In this document: one piece after another, positions 9,971 through 21,034 of the stretch
Numbering within the stretch: position 1 is the first letter of the stretch
Layout: every line of letters starts with the position of its first letter
NCBI GenBank assembly: GCA_039810885.1
Contig: JBDHXV010000005.1
Span: 14,610-78,609, forward strand
Direction of reading: 5' to 3'
Source of the DNA: Chitinophagales bacterium
GTDB taxonomy: Bacteria; Bacteroidota; Bacteroidia; Chitinophagales; UBA10324
Length of the DNA: 64,000 bases
The notes under the pieces: generated by a model
Told to the model about the DNA's origin: nothing
What the model saw: the letters and a program-made list of their open reading frames with translations, nothing else
The model's database searches: none
Made by a program: the position numbers and the translations under genes

Positions 9971-11419
9971 ATGGCTGATAAACAAGATGATGTATTAAAT
10001 GAGTTAACGCAAAACGATTACAAATACGGTTTCGTTTCAGATCTTGAACAAGAATTTGCTCCTAAAGGATTAAACGAAGACATTGTTCGATTTATATCCA
10101 AGAAAAAAAATGAACCTGAATTTTTATTAGCGTGGCGATTAAAGGCATTTCGTCACTGGTTAACTTTAAAAGAACCGACTTGGGCCAAGATTAAACACCC
10201 GCCTATTGATTATCAGGATTATTACTATTATGCGGCGCCAAAACCTAAGAAAAAGTTAAATAGCCTTGACGAACTTGATCCGGAGATTAAAAGCACATTT
10301 GATAAGTTAGGCATTTCGCTTGAAGAACAAATGGCACTTGCCGGAGTAGCTGTAGATGCTGTTATAGATAGTGTTAGTGTTAAAACTACATTTAAAGATA
10401 AACTCAATGCCTTAGGCATTATCTTTTGCTCCTTCACCGAGGCCATTCATCAACATCCTGAACTTATTAAGAAATATATTGGATCGGTAGTCCCCATTAC
10501 TGATAACTATTTCGCTGCTCTGAATTCTGCTGTATTCAGTGATGGCTCATTCGTCTATATTCCTAAAGGCGTGCGTTGTCCTATGGAACTCTCTACGCAC
10601 TTTAGAATTAATGCGGCGAATACTGGACAATTTGAACGCACCCTGATTATTGCTGATGAAGGCAGCTATGTAAGCTATCTCGAAGGTTGTACCGCGCCGA
10701 TGCGTGACGAAAATCAATTACACGCTGCCGTTGTAGAATTAGTAGCAATGGAAAATGCCGAGATTAAATATTCGACCGTTCAGAATTGGTATCCGGGAGA
10801 TAAAGAGGGTAACGGGGGCATATATAATTTCGTTACGAAGCGAGGTATTTGCTCAGGAAGAAAGTCGCGTATATCATGGACTCAAGTAGAAACAGGATCA
10901 GCAATAACATGGAAATACCCTAGTGTAATATTGAAAGGAGAAGAATCTGTCGGCGAATTTTATTCTGTGGCTGTAACTAATAATTTACAACAGGCCGACA
11001 CAGGGACTAAAATGATACACTTAGGGAAAAATACAAAGAGCCGTATAGTTTCTAAAGGGATCAGTGCGGGTAGGAGTCAGAATAGCTATCGCGGCTTAGT
11101 ACGTATGGGGAAACATGCGGATCACGCACATAACTTTTCTCAATGTGATTCACTCCTAATGACCGATGAATGTGGCGCACATACCTTCCCATACATTGAT
11201 GTGCAAAACCCTACAGCACGTGTTGAACATGAAGCAACTACAAGTAAGATAGGAGAAGATATTTTATTTTATTGCAATCAACGCGGCATTGGAAATGAAG
11301 CGGCAGTAAATCTTATAGTGAACGGGTATTGCAGAGAAGTTTTTAATCAATTGCCAATGGAATTTGCTGTCGAAGCGCAAAAACTACTTGCTGTAAGCTT
11401 AGAAGGCTCTGTTGGCTAA
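9971..11419 (+). CDS. sufB: Fe-S cluster assembly scaffold SufB
   Basis: 482 aa with SufB-type sequence throughout (YKYGF..., [32 protein letters not shown]). It is the first gene of the suf cluster. Confidence 0.95.
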   Translation: MADKQDDVLNELTQNDYKYGFVSDLEQEFAPKGLNEDIVRFISKKKNEPEFLLAWRLKAFRHWLTLKEPTWAKIKHPPIDYQDYYYYAAPKPKKKLNSLDELDPEIKSTFDKLGISLEEQMALAGVAVDAVIDSVSVKTTFKDKLNALGIIFCSFTEAIHQHPELIKKYIGSVVPITDNYFAALNSAVFSDGSFVYIPKGVRCPMELSTHFRINAANTGQFERTLIIADEGSYVSYLEGCTAPMRDENQLHAAVVELVAMENAEIKYSTVQNWYPGDKEGNGGIYNFVTKRGICSGRKSRISWTQVETGSAITWKYPSVILKGEESVGEFYSVAVTNNLQQADTGTKMIHLGKNTKSRIVSKGISAGRSQNSYRGLVRMGKHADHAHNFSQCDSLLMTDECGAHTFPYIDVQNPTARVEHEATTSKIGEDILFYCNQRGIGNEAAVNLIVNGYCREVFNQLPMEFAVEAQKLLAVSLEGSVG

Positions 11420-11438
11420 TATTTTAATTTAACATAAT

Positions 11439-12197
11439 ATGAACATACTTGAAATAAACAACCTTTACGCTAATGTTGGCGGGAAAGAAATACTTAAAGG
11501 ATTATCATTAACAATAAAACCCGGAGAAGTGCATGCGATTATGGGACCCAATGGTTCAGGCAAAAGCACATTGGCATCGGTATTAGCAGGACGCCCGGAA
11601 TATGAAGTTACCGGAGGAGACATACATTATAAAGGACAAAACCTGTTAGATATATCGCCAGAAGTTCGTGCACAACAAGGTGTTTTTCTTGCATTCCAAT
11701 ATCCTGTAGAAATTCCTGGAATTAGCACAACCAATTTTTTAAAAACAGCAGTAAATGAAATGCGTAAAGCACGCGGACAGGAACCAATGGAGGCGAAAGC
11801 ATTTCTATCTATGATGAAGGAGAGAATGAAAATCGTAGAGATGGATTCACGCTTAACAACACGCTCCTTAAATGAAGGATTCTCCGGAGGAGAAAAGAAG
11901 CGTAATGAGATATTTCAGATGGCTATGCTTGAGCCATCTTTGGCTATTTTGGACGAAACTGATTCCGGCTTAGATATAGATGCCTTGCGGATTGTGGCTA
12001 ACGGAGTTAACCAACTAAAGAACAAAGACAATGCTTTTATAGTCATTACACACTATCAGCGCTTATTGGATTACATTGTTCCTGACTTTGTTCATGTACT
12101 GAGCAACGGGCGCATTGTAAAATCCGGCACGAAAGAATTAGCTCTTGAGTTGGAAGAAAGGGGATACGATTGGATAAAAGAATTAGAAACGGTTTAA
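11439..12197 (+). CDS. sufC: Fe-S cluster assembly ATPase SufC
   Basis: Walker A GPNGSGKST, ABC signature FSGGEKKR, Walker B LAILDETDSGLD. Confidence 0.95.
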   Translation: MNILEINNLYANVGGKEILKGLSLTIKPGEVHAIMGPNGSGKSTLASVLAGRPEYEVTGGDIHYKGQNLLDISPEVRAQQGVFLAFQYPVEIPGISTTNFLKTAVNEMRKARGQEPMEAKAFLSMMKERMKIVEMDSRLTTRSLNEGFSGGEKKRNEIFQMAMLEPSLAILDETDSGLDIDALRIVANGVNQLKNKDNAFIVITHYQRLLDYIVPDFVHVLSNGRIVKSGTKELALELEERGYDWIKELETV

Positions 12198-12203
12198 GGT
12201 ATC

Positions 12204-13523
12204 ATGAGTACAATTGCGGGCAATACACAAAATGTGTTTGCAGAACAGGTTGAAACAATCTTTAATCAAGTGAAACGGCAGGCTGAACTGTACCCTTATG
12301 TTCGTGAAAAGTCATTTCAATTTTTTATAGAACAAGGGGTTCCTACGGTCAAGAATGAGGAGTGGAGACATACGAATACGGAGCCATTTCTGAAATGCGA
12401 CTATACCATCCCTTCATTAATTACCGCACCAAGCGAATATTCAGAAATCAAGAATGAATTAAATCTGAAATGCCATATCCTCTTTTTTGTAAATGGATAT
12501 TACCAAAAACAACATTCTTCTATTATCCCGGATGATGACGGAATAGAAATATCAAGCATAAGAGAATCGCTATTGCAAGATGAAGTAATATGGAGTTCAA
12601 CAGATGAGATCCTCCCTAATGATGGGTGGAAAAATTTGAATGATGCCTTTGTTCTTGACGGCATCCGGATTCGTATAAAAAAAAATAAGACGGCTCAATA
12701 TCCTATACGTCTTATTCATTTATCAAATGCATCAGAAAAACCACTACTCATACAAAGTCGGAACATTATTATATTAGAGCCTAATGCGGAAGCAACAGTA
12801 ATAGAGTCTTTTTATGCAACGGGCAATGGGGCTACATTGACGAATAATTTTGAGCATATTGAAATGGGAAATGATGCGCGTCTGACCTGTGTTAAACTGC
12901 AACAATTAGAAAACGCAACAGAGTCAACTTCAACAGATTCGTTGATTCATTACACTTCGTGTAAGCTACACCAATCTTCTCGGATGAAGTGTTACACGAT
13001 TGCTCTTGGCGGCAGCTTAATCAGAAATAACCTGTATGTTGTATTACAGGGATCAGATGGCGAGGCCATTTTGAAAGGACTCTATACACCAACAAGAAAT
13101 CAGATTATTGATAATCGTACGCATGTAGATCATGCTGTTTCAAACTGTCAAAGCAATGAACTCTATAAAGGCATTGCTGACGATCAAGCAAAGGCTGTAT
13201 TTAACGGTAAGATACTGGTTCGTAAAGATGCGCAGAAAACAGGTGCCTATCAATCCAATAAAAACTTGCTGCTATCTCAAGAGGCCACGATATATACCAA
13301 ACCACAACTTGAAATTTTTGCAGATGATGTCAAATGCAGTCATGGGGCTACATCCGGTCAATTGGACGACGAATCTTTATTTTATTTGCAAGCCCGTGGT
13401 GTCTGTAAGGATGAAGCAAGAAAGATGCTTATACGTGCTTTTGCCGAAGATATAACGACATCTATAACATCAGAAGAGATTAAAACATGGCTAAACAATA
13501 AAATTGAGCAAAAGCTACAATAA
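12204..13523 (+). CDS. sufD: Fe-S cluster assembly protein SufD
   Basis: 439 aa, positioned between sufC and sufS. The C-terminal SufB/D beta-helix motif is present (LEIFADDVKCSHGATSGQLDDESLFYLQARG). Confidence 0.9.
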   Translation: MSTIAGNTQNVFAEQVETIFNQVKRQAELYPYVREKSFQFFIEQGVPTVKNEEWRHTNTEPFLKCDYTIPSLITAPSEYSEIKNELNLKCHILFFVNGYYQKQHSSIIPDDDGIEISSIRESLLQDEVIWSSTDEILPNDGWKNLNDAFVLDGIRIRIKKNKTAQYPIRLIHLSNASEKPLLIQSRNIIILEPNAEATVIESFYATGNGATLTNNFEHIEMGNDARLTCVKLQQLENATESTSTDSLIHYTSCKLHQSSRMKCYTIALGGSLIRNNLYVVLQGSDGEAILKGLYTPTRNQIIDNRTHVDHAVSNCQSNELYKGIADDQAKAVFNGKILVRKDAQKTGAYQSNKNLLLSQEATIYTKPQLEIFADDVKCSHGATSGQLDDESLFYLQARGVCKDEARKMLIRAFAEDITTSITSEEIKTWLNNKIEQKLQ

Positions 13524-14773
13524 TGAATGAGCAATCGTTAACACGTCGCCCAAGCACATCAGCTCTTGATGTATCGTCCATTAGGAGTATGTTTCCGATA
13601 CTACAAGAGAAAGTTTATGATAAGCCATTAATTTATTTTGATAATGCGGCTACAACACAGAAGCCTAAACAAGTGCTTGATTGTATTCAGAATTATTATT
13701 CGTCATATAATAGCAACGTGCATCGTGGGGTACACTACCTAAGTCAGAAAGCCACTGATGCGATGGAAGATGCACGAAAGATCATTCAAAAATATATAGG
13801 GGCAGAATTAAACGAAGAGATCATTTTCACTCAAGGCACCACGGGTAGTTTGAACTTACTTGCCTATTCATTCTGCCAAATGCTAAAGCCCGGAGATGAA
13901 ATTATTATTAGTGCAATGGAGCATCACGCTAATATTGTGCCATGGCAAATAGCGTGTGAACATAAACAATTGAAATTACGCGTCATTCCGTTCTTGGAGC
14001 ATGGCGAATTAGATCTTGAAACATTTGTCAAATTAATTTCATCCAATACAAAACTAGTTAGCGTTACTCACGCTTCAAATACTTTAGGAACTATAAATCC
14101 TGTTGAGGAGATCATCCGAATTGCTCATCAACACAACATACCGGTAAGCATTGATGGGGCACAAGCAATACAGCATTTGCCGGTTGATGTACAGAAGATG
14201 GATTGTGATTTCTATTCTTTCTCAGGGCATAAGATTTATGGCCCGACAGGTATAGGAGTACTTTACGGAAAGAAAAAATGGCTTGATAGAATGCCTCCTT
14301 ATCAATCCGGTGGGGAAATGATTAAAGAAGTTAGTTTTGAAAAAACGACTTATGGCGAATTGCCTTTTAAGTTTGAAGCCGGTACTCCCAATATTGAAGG
14401 CATCATAGGATTAGGGGAGGCTATCCGCTTCGTACAAGAAACAGGAATTCAAAAAGCTGCAACGTATGAATCTGAATTACTATCTTATTTCACATCTCAA
14501 CTGAAAACAATTCCGGGTATTCGCATTTTTGGTGAGGCGCCTCATAAAGTTTCTGTTGTTTCATTTTTAGTTGATGGTATTCATCCTTATGATACCGGAG
14601 TACTGCTTGATAAGATGGGCATTGCTGTTAGAACAGGGCATCATTGTACACAACCGATCATGAAATATTTTAATATTCCCGGAACTGTTCGTGCGTCATT
14701 GGCGGTTTATAACACAAGTTCCGAGATAGATATTTTCATTCATTCTCTGGAGCGAGTTAAAAAGATGTTTTAA
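13523..14773 (+). CDS. sufS: Cysteine desulfurase, SufS type
   Basis: The start overlaps the sufD stop (TAATG). The PLP lysine lies in FSGHKIYGPTG and the catalytic Cys in RTGHHCTQP. Confidence 0.9.
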   Translation: MNEQSLTRRPSTSALDVSSIRSMFPILQEKVYDKPLIYFDNAATTQKPKQVLDCIQNYYSSYNSNVHRGVHYLSQKATDAMEDARKIIQKYIGAELNEEIIFTQGTTGSLNLLAYSFCQMLKPGDEIIISAMEHHANIVPWQIACEHKQLKLRVIPFLEHGELDLETFVKLISSNTKLVSVTHASNTLGTINPVEEIIRIAHQHNIPVSIDGAQAIQHLPVDVQKMDCDFYSFSGHKIYGPTGIGVLYGKKKWLDRMPPYQSGGEMIKEVSFEKTTYGELPFKFEAGTPNIEGIIGLGEAIRFVQETGIQKAATYESELLSYFTSQLKTIPGIRIFGEAPHKVSVVSFLVDGIHPYDTGVLLDKMGIAVRTGHHCTQPIMKYFNIPGTVRASLAVYNTSSEIDIFIHSLERVKKMF

Positions 14774-14774
14774 G

Positions 14775-15200
14775 ATGACGATTGAAGAAAAAGAACAAGC
14801 CATTATTGATGAGTTTTCATTGTTTGAAGATTGGATGGATAAGTACAGTCACTTGATAGACCAAGCCAAATCGTTGCCTAATATTGATGAATCATATAAA
14901 ACGGATGAGCATTTAGTAAAAGGATGCCAATCCCAAGTATGGTTGAATGCAGAATTGAATGGGGGCTTAGTTCATTACACCGCAGATAGCGATGCAGCAA
15001 TCAGCAAAGGTATTATGGCCTTATTAATTCGAGTGCTATCAAATGAAACACCTGAAGCCATCCTTCGGGCAGAACTTAGCTTTCTTGATACTATAGGATT
15101 AAAGGAGCATCTCTCATCGAATAGAGCCAACGGATTATCGGCCATGCTGAAATTAATGAAAGCTTACGCTTTGGGATTTCAAATAAAAAGCAAACAATAA
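14775..15200 (+). CDS. sufE: Sulfur acceptor SufE
   Basis: 141 aa. The conserved acceptor Cys sits in VKGCQSQVW. The gene immediately follows sufS. Confidence 0.85.
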   Translation: MTIEEKEQAIIDEFSLFEDWMDKYSHLIDQAKSLPNIDESYKTDEHLVKGCQSQVWLNAELNGGLVHYTADSDAAISKGIMALLIRVLSNETPEAILRAELSFLDTIGLKEHLSSNRANGLSAMLKLMKAYALGFQIKSKQ

Positions 15201-15205
15201 ATATA

Positions 15206-15553
15206 ATGAGCGATATTCCTGCACAGATGACTGAATCAAACGAGTTTATTCCACTCACTCGCGAGAAGATTATTGATGCGATTAAAACTTGTTATGACCC
15301 TGAGATTCCCGTTGATATATGGGAGCTTGGATTAATATACGAATTAAGTATCTATGGATTAAATAACGTTTATGTTCGTATGACGTTAACCTCTCCATCT
15401 TGTCCGGCGGGTGAGGCCATTCCCGCTGATGTTGAGCAAAAGATTAAAGCGATAAAGGGTGTCAATGAGGTTAAGGTGGAAGTGGTATGGGATCCGCCCT
15501 ATGACCCAAGTATGATGAGCGAAGAAGCTCGTCTTGAATTAGGCTTTATGTGA
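15206..15553 (+). CDS. DUF59/SufT-like Fe-S assembly protein
   Basis: 115 aa with DPEIPVDIWELGLIY and TLTSPSCPAG motifs typical of DUF59 proteins. It is the last gene of the suf cluster. Confidence 0.8.
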   Translation: MSDIPAQMTESNEFIPLTREKIIDAIKTCYDPEIPVDIWELGLIYELSIYGLNNVYVRMTLTSPSCPAGEAIPADVEQKIKAIKGVNEVKVEVVWDPPYDPSMMSEEARLELGFM

Positions 15554-15591
15554 TGAAAAAATCTCAGTACAATTATTGCGCGTTGTGAAGT

Positions 15592-16335
15592 TTAGATAGT
15601 ACGCACGTTCCGAATGGGCTTAGGTTCGGGAGGCGTTTCTTTTTGATTCTTATGTTTTCTCATTGTCAAACTTTCACTTCCCAAAGAAATGTAAAATAAC
15701 TGTGTCGTCTTCGGATATCCATATAGAACAGTGAGTGCTTTATCGTGTAAGGTATATCCACATGGTGCAGTCGATCCGGCTTCCGCAACGCATTCTTTTA
15801 AAAAGTTATTGAGATAATACTTCATACGGATATAATATTTTTTGCCAAACTGAACTTGCGCAAAAACAGAAGGATTGAATAGCTCTACATCATCTGAGAA
15901 CCATCTGTTATTTTTATAAATCTTATCCTTATTTATATATTCTTTCACTTTGTAGTTCATAAAGAATTCGGCTTCTGCACCTAGTGTAACACTAACCTTT
16001 TTATCGAGATTACCAATTCGCACGCCGAGTGGAATGCCCACCCCATATACACGATGTTTTAACTTAATACTGTCGATCTTATTAATCATTCCGACATTAC
16101 GAATATTTAAACCACTTACAAGTGCCAAATTATTATTGAAGCGCTCTTCGAGCACAAAGCCGGCATTAAGCCAAGCTGAAAACCGAAGCACGGGGTCAAC
16201 AGGCGATCCGTTTGATGTTGTAGTATGTCCTAATGAAAAAATATATTCCGAAGAGCTGCCAAGAGATAGTTTACTTTGGCTGAATGCAGGGAATAAAATA
16301 CTAAGGAACAAAATGCTAACACTAAGCTTTTTCAA
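15592..16335 (-). CDS. Small outer membrane beta-barrel (porin-family) protein
   Basis: Signal peptide MKKLSVSILFLSILFPAFSQ, followed by an alternating-hydrophobic beta-strand pattern with G/Y/N-rich turns. Confidence 0.55.
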   Translation of the reverse strand: MKKLSVSILFLSILFPAFSQSKLSLGSSSEYIFSLGHTTTSNGSPVDPVLRFSAWLNAGFVLEERFNNNLALVSGLNIRNVGMINKIDSIKLKHRVYGVGIPLGVRIGNLDKKVSVTLGAEAEFFMNYKVKEYINKDKIYKNNRWFSDDVELFNPSVFAQVQFGKKYYIRMKYYLNNFLKECVAEAGSTAPCGYTLHDKALTVLYGYPKTTQLFYISLGSESLTMRKHKNQKETPPEPKPIRNVRTI

Positions 16336-16470
16336 TTTTCAAAAATTTTATGCTAAGATAATGATGAAAGCACCGACTTATGAAATAGATGAAAAACATG
16401 ATCTATCCGGCAATATTTAAGAGGGCTTTCGGGCAGAAATATTGAAACGTAATTAATAAGATTATTTAAG

Positions 16471-16542
16471 TAGCCCCGGAGGGAATCGAACCCCCACCAA
16501 GAGAACCGGAATCTCTCGTTCTATCCATTAAACTACGGAGCC
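16471..16542 (-). tRNA. tRNA-Arg (anticodon CCG)
   Basis: A hand-folded 72-nt cloverleaf: GGCTCCG-TA-GTTT-AATGGATA-GAAC-G-AGAGA-TTCCGGT-TCTCT-TGGT-GGGGG-TTCGATT-CCCTC-CGGGGCT-A. No CCA is encoded. Confidence 0.85.
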
Positions 16543-16562
16543 AAAAAATATAAAACAATCTG

Positions 16563-16634
16563 TAGCCCCGACAGGAATCGAACCTGTATTTGAAGTTTAG
16601 GAAACTTTCGTTCTATCCATTGAACTACGGGGCC
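16563..16634 (-). tRNA. tRNA-Arg (anticodon CCT)
   Basis: A hand-folded 72-nt cloverleaf: GGCCCCG-TA-GTTC-AATGGATA-GAAC-G-AAAGT-TTCCTAA-ACTTC-AAAT-ACAGG-TTCGATT-CCTGT-CGGGGCT-A. No CCA is encoded. Confidence 0.85.
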
Positions 16635-16673
16635 GCGTTGCAAATATAATGGTACTGCCCATTTCACCTGGAC

Positions 16674-17699
16674 TTAAACCAAATTCACTTCAGGTTCAAT
16701 ATCAATTCCGAATCTTTCTTTTACCGAGTGCTTTATCTCCAAAGCCAATTGATATATCTCGTTTCCGCTGGCTCCACCATAGTTTACTAATACTAAAGCC
16801 TGTGATTTATGCGAGCCGGTGCGCCCGACAATCTTACCTTTCCATCCGCATTGTTCGATTAACCATCCGGCAGGAACTTTTATCTTACCTCCCTTTTGAT
16901 TATAATGAGGCATGAGTGGATATTGTGTTAAAAGCTCTTCAACAATATTTTCATCTACTATGGGATTCTTAAAGAATGAGCCCGCATTGCCAAGCACAGA
17001 AGGATTAGGCAATTTAGATGAACGAATCTTGATTACCGCATCGCTAACGGCTTTAATGTTCAGTTCGGTCACATTCATTTCATCCAGGGTGGCTTTTATA
17101 TCACCGTATTTTATTTGAAAGACAGGTTTCTTGTTTAACCGAAAGGTGACATTAAGGATAATAAATTGATTTTTAAATTTATTCTTGAAAACGCTTTCTC
17201 GATAACCAAGGTCACAGTCGTTTAATTTGAATTTATGAATTTCCAAAGTAGAAATGTGAAGTGCTTCTAATTCGTGGAACACATCTTTAACCTCAACGCC
17301 ATAAGCTCCGATGTTTTGCATAGGAGCCGCCCCAACTTGCCCCGGAATGAGCGATAAGTTTTCTATTCCTGCAAATTCATTCTGAATGCACCATAGCACA
17401 AACCGATGCCAAACTTCTCCTGCCGAAGCTTTAACATAAATATGTTCATCATCTTCTCTAATGATTTCGACACCTTGAATAGAGTTTTTGATAACAAGCC
17501 CATTGTAATTCCTAGTAAACAATATATTGCTGCCGCCTCCGAGAATCAACTTATTCGTTATCTGAAATTGTTTATCACTTAACACCTCTTTAATATTATC
17601 CGTACTGCTAACTTCACAGAAGTACCGGCACGATACGTCAATATGAAATGTGTTGTAGGCGATTAAGTTAAAATCCTTTTTGATGATCACAAGACGCAA
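16674..17699 (-). CDS. murB: UDP-N-acetylenolpyruvoylglucosamine reductase
   Basis: 341 aa. The N-terminus carries YNTFHIDV and the FAD-binding segment GGGSNILF. The C-terminal MurB domain carries GWLIEQCGWKG and HKSQALVLVN. The start codon appears to be TTG or GTG. Confidence 0.9.
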   Translation of the reverse strand: MRLVIIKKDFNLIAYNTFHIDVSCRYFCEVSSTDNIKEVLSDKQFQITNKLILGGGSNILFTRNYNGLVIKNSIQGVEIIREDDEHIYVKASAGEVWHRFVLWCIQNEFAGIENLSLIPGQVGAAPMQNIGAYGVEVKDVFHELEALHISTLEIHKFKLNDCDLGYRESVFKNKFKNQFIILNVTFRLNKKPVFQIKYGDIKATLDEMNVTELNIKAVSDAVIKIRSSKLPNPSVLGNAGSFFKNPIVDENIVEELLTQYPLMPHYNQKGGKIKVPAGWLIEQCGWKGKIVGRTGSHKSQALVLVNYGGASGNEIYQLALEIKHSVKERFGIDIEPEVNLV

Positions 17700-17818
17700 A
17701 TTAACTTCAATTTGTATTTCAACTATAAGAAAACAATATCGATACGCACGCTTGCAGAGAGAATGAACAAAATGCCCTTACGTTTGTCCAATAGTCTTTT
17801 TAGCATGCAGTACGCGAA

Positions 17819-19885
17819 TTACGAAACACTTGAGCCGCTTGCAACATGTTCTGACGGCATCACGAATCTTAGATTTCCGGAGTCATCTTCGGCCATTAAA
17901 ATCATTCCATTAGATTCAATGCCCTTAATCTTTCGTGGAGCCAGGTTACAAACTACGCATACTTGTTGGCCAATAATATTTTCGGGTTTATAGGAAAGTG
18001 CAATACCCGATACAATCGTACGCACTTCATTGCCCATATTTACTTTTAACTGTAACAACTTGTCGGCATTTTTAACTTTTTCTGCAGTCTCTATAGTTCC
18101 AATGCGAAGTTCTAACTTGCTAAAGTCATCATAAGTAATAATAGCTTTGGATTGAGGCTTTGGTGAAGTCACTTTATCTTCTATTTGTTTTCTTCTAGAG
18201 TGAAGTTTGTCTAATTGCTTTTGAATGTCAGCATCTTCTATTTTTGAAAAAATAATCTCAGGCTTCTTGATTTTATGTCCAGGGGGAAAAAGTTCAAAAT
18301 TGCCTGCGTTGTTCCACGATAGTGCATCCTCACAATTTAGCAAGGATAGGATGCGCTTAGTCGTGTTCGGCAAGAATGGGTTAAGAAGGATGGATGAAGT
18401 AGTAATGATATGAAGAGTGAAGTTAAGAATATGCCCGGTTGTTTCAATATCGGATTCAAATTTCTTCCAGGGTTCTTTATCTGTTAAATACTTATTGCCA
18501 ACCCGCACGAGATTCATTGCTTCATTTAAAGCCTCGCGAAACCTAAAACGTTCGAAGCTTTCTTCGAAATTCTTCTTAATGCTGCGTGTTTGTTCAAGAA
18601 TATCTGTTTCAACATTATCACATTTTGTCTTAATGTATGGGGGGACTGTGCCATCGAAATATTTATGTATAAGAACCATGGCGCGATTAACTAAGTTACC
18701 TAATATGGCAGCTAACTCATTATTATTACGAGCTTGAAAATCTTTCCATGTGAAATCATTATCCTTTGTTTCTGGTGCTGTTGCGATGAGCACATACCGC
18801 AGCACGTCTTCTTTACCTTTAAAATCATCAAGATACTCGTGCAACCATACTGCCCAACCTCTTGATGTAGAGAGTTTATCTCCTTCCAAGTTAAGAAATT
18901 CGTTTGCAGGAACGTTTTGAGGAAGTATGTATCCTCCGTGCGCTTTCAGCAGACTCGGAAAAATAATGCAATGAAATACGATGTTATCCTTACCAATGAA
19001 GTGAATTAATGATGTATCGTCAGATTTCCAGAAATCTTCCCATTGGCCGGCTTGGGGATGTGACATAAAATATTCCTTCGTTGCGGAGATATATCCGATT
19101 GGTGCGTCAAACCACACGTATAGGACTTTTCCATCGCTTTCCTCCAGTGGAACTTTAACGCCCCAATCTAAGTCGCGTGTCATCGCTCTTGGTTGCAACC
19201 CGTTATCAAGCCATGATTTACATTGTCCAATTACATTCGGTTTCCAGTCTTCTTTATGCTCGCCTAAGATCCATTGCTTCAACCAATTTTCGTACTTATT
19301 CAGAGGCAGGTACCAATGTTTGGTTTCTTTGAGTATGGGTGTTTGTCCGCTAATGACAGAAAGCGGATGAATCAATTCTTTAGGAGATAGGGAGCTGCCA
19401 CATTTTTCACACTGGTCTCCATAAGCTTTCTCGTATCCGCAATGCGGACAAGTTCCCATAATGTAACGGTCTGCTAAAAAAAGCTTCTCTTTCTCATCAT
19501 AAAACTGCAACGAAGTTTCTTCAGTGAAAATGTTCTTATGATACAAGTCGAGGAAAAACTCTTGCGCTGTGTCGTGATGTGTAGGGTTTGAGGTGCGGGA
19601 ATAGATGTCGAATGTAATTCCAAAGCGGTCAAATGAGCTTTTCATCAACTCGTGGTATTTATTAACGAATTGCTTTGGCGTAATTCCTTCTTTTCGCGCG
19701 CCCAATGTAATTGGAACGCCATGTTCATCGCTGCCACATACAAATAATACCGTTTCTCCTTTTAAACGCAGATAGCGCGCATACGTATCCGCCGGTATAT
19801 AGGCTCCGGCAAGGTGGCCAAGATGTATCCCCCCATTAGCATAAGGCAGAGCTGCTGTAATTAAATAACGTTTTTTCTTTCTCAT
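17819..19885 (-). CDS. metG: Methionine--tRNA ligase
   Basis: HIGH motif ([14 protein letters not shown]), KMSKS-type motif (KLSTSRG) and zinc knuckle [20 protein letters not shown]-terminal tRNA-binding domain is present. Confidence 0.95.
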   Translation of the reverse strand: MRKKKRYLITAALPYANGGIHLGHLAGAYIPADTYARYLRLKGETVLFVCGSDEHGVPITLGARKEGITPKQFVNKYHELMKSSFDRFGITFDIYSRTSNPTHHDTAQEFFLDLYHKNIFTEETSLQFYDEKEKLFLADRYIMGTCPHCGYEKAYGDQCEKCGSSLSPKELIHPLSVISGQTPILKETKHWYLPLNKYENWLKQWILGEHKEDWKPNVIGQCKSWLDNGLQPRAMTRDLDWGVKVPLEESDGKVLYVWFDAPIGYISATKEYFMSHPQAGQWEDFWKSDDTSLIHFIGKDNIVFHCIIFPSLLKAHGGYILPQNVPANEFLNLEGDKLSTSRGWAVWLHEYLDDFKGKEDVLRYVLIATAPETKDNDFTWKDFQARNNNELAAILGNLVNRAMVLIHKYFDGTVPPYIKTKCDNVETDILEQTRSIKKNFEESFERFRFREALNEAMNLVRVGNKYLTDKEPWKKFESDIETTGHILNFTLHIITTSSILLNPFLPNTTKRILSLLNCEDALSWNNAGNFELFPPGHKIKKPEIIFSKIEDADIQKQLDKLHSRRKQIEDKVTSPKPQSKAIITYDDFSKLELRIGTIETAEKVKNADKLLQLKVNMGNEVRTIVSGIALSYKPENIIGQQVCVVCNLAPRKIKGIESNGMILMAEDDSGNLRFVMPSEHVASGSSVS

Positions 19886-20005
19886 GTACTATGAATCTAA
19901 TTGTGTAACCTTGCACCTGAATTTTTTAAAAGTATCTTATTCTTTTGTGCAAATCATGCATGCTTAATCACGTTCCAAATATACAAACCTCAATACTACA
20001 ACATT

Positions 20006-20902
20006 ATGATTCCTTCCCCGCTTAGGCCTGGCGACACTATTGCATTCATCTCCACGGCACGCAAAATAACTACCCTTGAGTGTCAACCGGCTATAGACTT
20101 TTTTACGCAGACCGGCTACCGTGTTACTCTTGGCGAAAGTATAGGTGCCACCTACAACCAATTCGCCGGAAATGACGAATTGCGCACGCGTGACTTGCAA
20201 AAGCAATTGAATGACCCAGCAGTGAAAGCAATTTTCTGTGCACGTGGGGGGTATGGTACAGTTCGCATTATTGATCAAATCGATTTTCGAGCATTTATTA
20301 AAAAGCCAAAGTGGATATGCGGCTTTAGCGATATAACGGTATTGCATAATCACCTCAACAAGGTTTACGATGTGGCTACACTGCATTGTGCGATGCCTAT
20401 TAATTTTTCTAATGCAACAACTGAAACAAAGCAAAACATTCTTGATATTTTAAACGGTAATAAAACAAGTTTAAAACTTAACACTACAAAACTTTGTCGT
20501 AGCGGTAAGGCAGAAGCTCCGCTTATTGGGGGTAACCTATCCGTAGTCTACTCATTGAGTAACTCGGATTCAGATATTGACACTACAAACAAAATTCTCT
20601 TCTTGGAAGATATAGATGAATACTTATATCATATAGACAGGATGATGATGCAACTGAAGCGTAGCGGCAAGCTTGAAAATCTTGCAGGACTAATAATAGG
20701 TCATTTCACGGATATGAAAGATAACGAGGTGTCTTATGGCAAGACGGCATATCAAATCATTGCAGAGCATGTGGAAGAATATGACTATCCTGTTGTATTC
20801 GGATACCCCTCGGGTCATGAAACAGAAAACAGACCCCTTCTCTTAGGGGCTGATTATAAGATGTTTCCTGAAAACGATAAGATGGTAATACGAATGGTTT
20901 AA
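20006..20902 (+). CDS. LD-carboxypeptidase (peptidase S66, LdcA-like)
   Basis: RPGDTIAFISTA, ARGGYGT, nucleophile context CGFSDITVLH and C-terminal GHETEN. The track ORF starts at 19901, but ATG 20006 gives the family-typical N-terminus. Confidence 0.8.
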   Translation: MIPSPLRPGDTIAFISTARKITTLECQPAIDFFTQTGYRVTLGESIGATYNQFAGNDELRTRDLQKQLNDPAVKAIFCARGGYGTVRIIDQIDFRAFIKKPKWICGFSDITVLHNHLNKVYDVATLHCAMPINFSNATTETKQNILDILNGNKTSLKLNTTKLCRSGKAEAPLIGGNLSVVYSLSNSDSDIDTTNKILFLEDIDEYLYHIDRMMMQLKRSGKLENLAGLIIGHFTDMKDNEVSYGKTAYQIIAEHVEEYDYPVVFGYPSGHETENRPLLLGADYKMFPENDKMVIRMV

Positions 20903-21034
20903 TTCGCCGGATTAACTTTTGTGGAGGTAACGAAGGTGCACATTGTAAAATAAAATCAGACGAAGAATAACTCGCTTGTATAAGGAGTTTAGGTATTTGA
21001 AATATAATTGCAAGAATGCTAATAAAGCATAGAC

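Noticed and set aside
13132-13455. 107-aa alternative-frame ORF inside sufD
   Set aside because: It is a same-strand out-of-frame overlap with a conserved gene, and its Lys/Arg-rich composition is not protein-like.
16034-16915. Plus-strand ORFs 16034-16420 and 16649-16915 around the tRNA genes
   Set aside because: The first is antisense to the outer-membrane beta-barrel gene. The second is antisense to the murB 3' end. Neither has a plausible start context or composition.
19964-20434. 156-aa ORF antisense to the LD-carboxypeptidase gene
   Set aside because: It overlaps a well-supported CDS on the other strand and has no recognisable motifs.
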